DNA of 58,829 nucleotides, filler included, from Diploschistes diacapsis (lineage: Eukaryota), in the NCBI GenBank assembly GCA_023645945.1. It is 4 parts of 4 records of this genome, joined end to end, with 100 filler letters (N's around TTAATTAATTAA, not from the genome) between each part and the next. Parts side by side here need not be neighbours in the genome. Positions count along the whole stretch, not along the records: positions 49,981 to 58,829 come from JALAIB010001105.1; 3 more parts are not named here. One strand, 5' to 3'. The translations under genes were made by a program, and so were the position numbers. The notes beneath the pieces are model-generated. The model was not told where the DNA came from. It saw only the letters and a list, made by a program, of their open reading frames with translations, and searched no databases. Each line of letters starts with the position of its first letter. The first letter of the stretch is position 1. Shown here piece by piece: positions 57,633-58,829 of this stretch.

Positions 57633-58299
57633 AGCATTAGAGAATTGCCGGCGGTGCTAGCGAGATATGAGCAAGCCGAGATTGATATTGAACTGTATGG
57701 TTGGAACGAATAAGGATCATGTTATCGACCGGAAGCAATGAACCTCCATGTCTTCATAGCAGCTATTTCTTCCATTCCCTCAAGCCATACCGCAATAATC
57801 ACAGGTAGGTACGCGGAGAAACGGAACTGACCAAGGAAAAGAGAGCCGCCCGCATCTTATACCTCCCTCTAAGTGTCCAATACGTTTTCTGCTCCAGTTC
57901 AACTCCAGTTCAGCGAACCATTCAAAACTATTAATAAAGCGTTTATCTACCACCTTCTACCCATGTTTCCTCCACCCCTCTGTCAAGCGCACTCACCTCT
58001 ACCCTCTCTGGGCACAGCCCTTCTTCGCTCGGGGTGTCCCTTGAGCGTAGAGTACGAGGCTCCGACGTTTTGGTAGCCACGGTACGAAGTGCAGTGTCGC
58101 CAGTACTCCACGTGCCGTGGCTACCCGTAAGGGCCGTTTTCCCGGACCTGTTGCCTCCATAGTCGGTCACGTACTGTCCACGCATGCGGCGGCGCCGTTG
58201 AACGTGGAAAGATGGGGCGGAATGAACAATCTTCCTAAATCTGAAGCAACCTCCAGCACGACCGCTCATGGCACTCGATTAATGTGACATCCAAAACCA

Positions 58300-58829
58300 G
58301 TGCTCTTGGGTAGCTAGATCTTTTGTTATTCGCCAGAATCTAAAAGTGATGGGTTGTTATGTTCTATAACTTCACGTCTTGGCAGTAAAAGGTAACAAAA
58401 ATCCGCGTGTAAACTAAAACCTTTCTTCTTTGTAGAACGTCTTGATAATGAATGAAACCATTAATTACGCCTAAGCCGATTCATAAAAGGTGGTGTACAT
58501 CACGAAAAGTTTTTCAAGCAAAAAAATTATTCTGTCGAAACTGGCGAAACCGGCGCAGATGGCGAGGCCAATCATTTTTATTACGTACTCAAAAAATAAA
58601 AAAGCATTTTTTTAATATTTAAAAAAAATATTTTTTCGAAAAAATAATTAAAAAATCCGCTAATTTAACGCCGGATAACTAGCGTTGAAAACTCGCTAAA
58701 GCTCTCACGTTACGAATATCAACGTTTACGTAATATAAAATACGCCATTCTTAATATTTTCGCGACAATATATATTACCTGGTAAACCCCATTAAATCCG
58801 ATACCACTAATACTAATTAATTCGTATAT
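58300..58829. mobile_element. AT-rich degenerate repeat at the contig end
   Basis: Sharp rise in AT and TpA content with no ORF. Confidence 0.35.

Overview
Filamentous ascomycete (Pezizomycotina) genomic DNA with GT..AG introns and CTRAC branch points. It is four contigs (1-31925, 32026-40907, 41008-49880, 49981-58829) joined by artificial 100-nt N-TTAATTAATTAA-N linkers, so adjacency across the gaps is not trustworthy. Apparently intact genes: RTA1-like protein, UPC2-like Zn2Cys6 TF, SDR, OTT_1508-like deaminase, a small secreted Cys-rich precursor, GET1, DAD2, a beta-lactamase-like hydrolase, a PCL5-like cyclin, ALDH, and a divergent TauD/FMO pair. These are interspersed with decayed genes (HET domain, Zn2Cys6 TF, acyl-CoA oxidase, FunK1 kinase, APH-like kinase, JmjC protein) and TE relics: three copies of a pogo/Fot1-type MITE, a solo LTR with a 5-bp TSD, and LTR- and hAT-like ends. 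The best novelty candidates are (i) a Kex2-processed 35-aa six-cysteine peptide beside a toxin-type deaminase, (ii) a cargo-like accessory contig with a JmjC fusion gene and a 48-aa Gly-rich micro-ORF, (iii) a uORF-containing leader on the PCL5-like cyclin, and (iv) the TauD-FMO pair. Family assignments come from motif recognition by eye; no searches were run.
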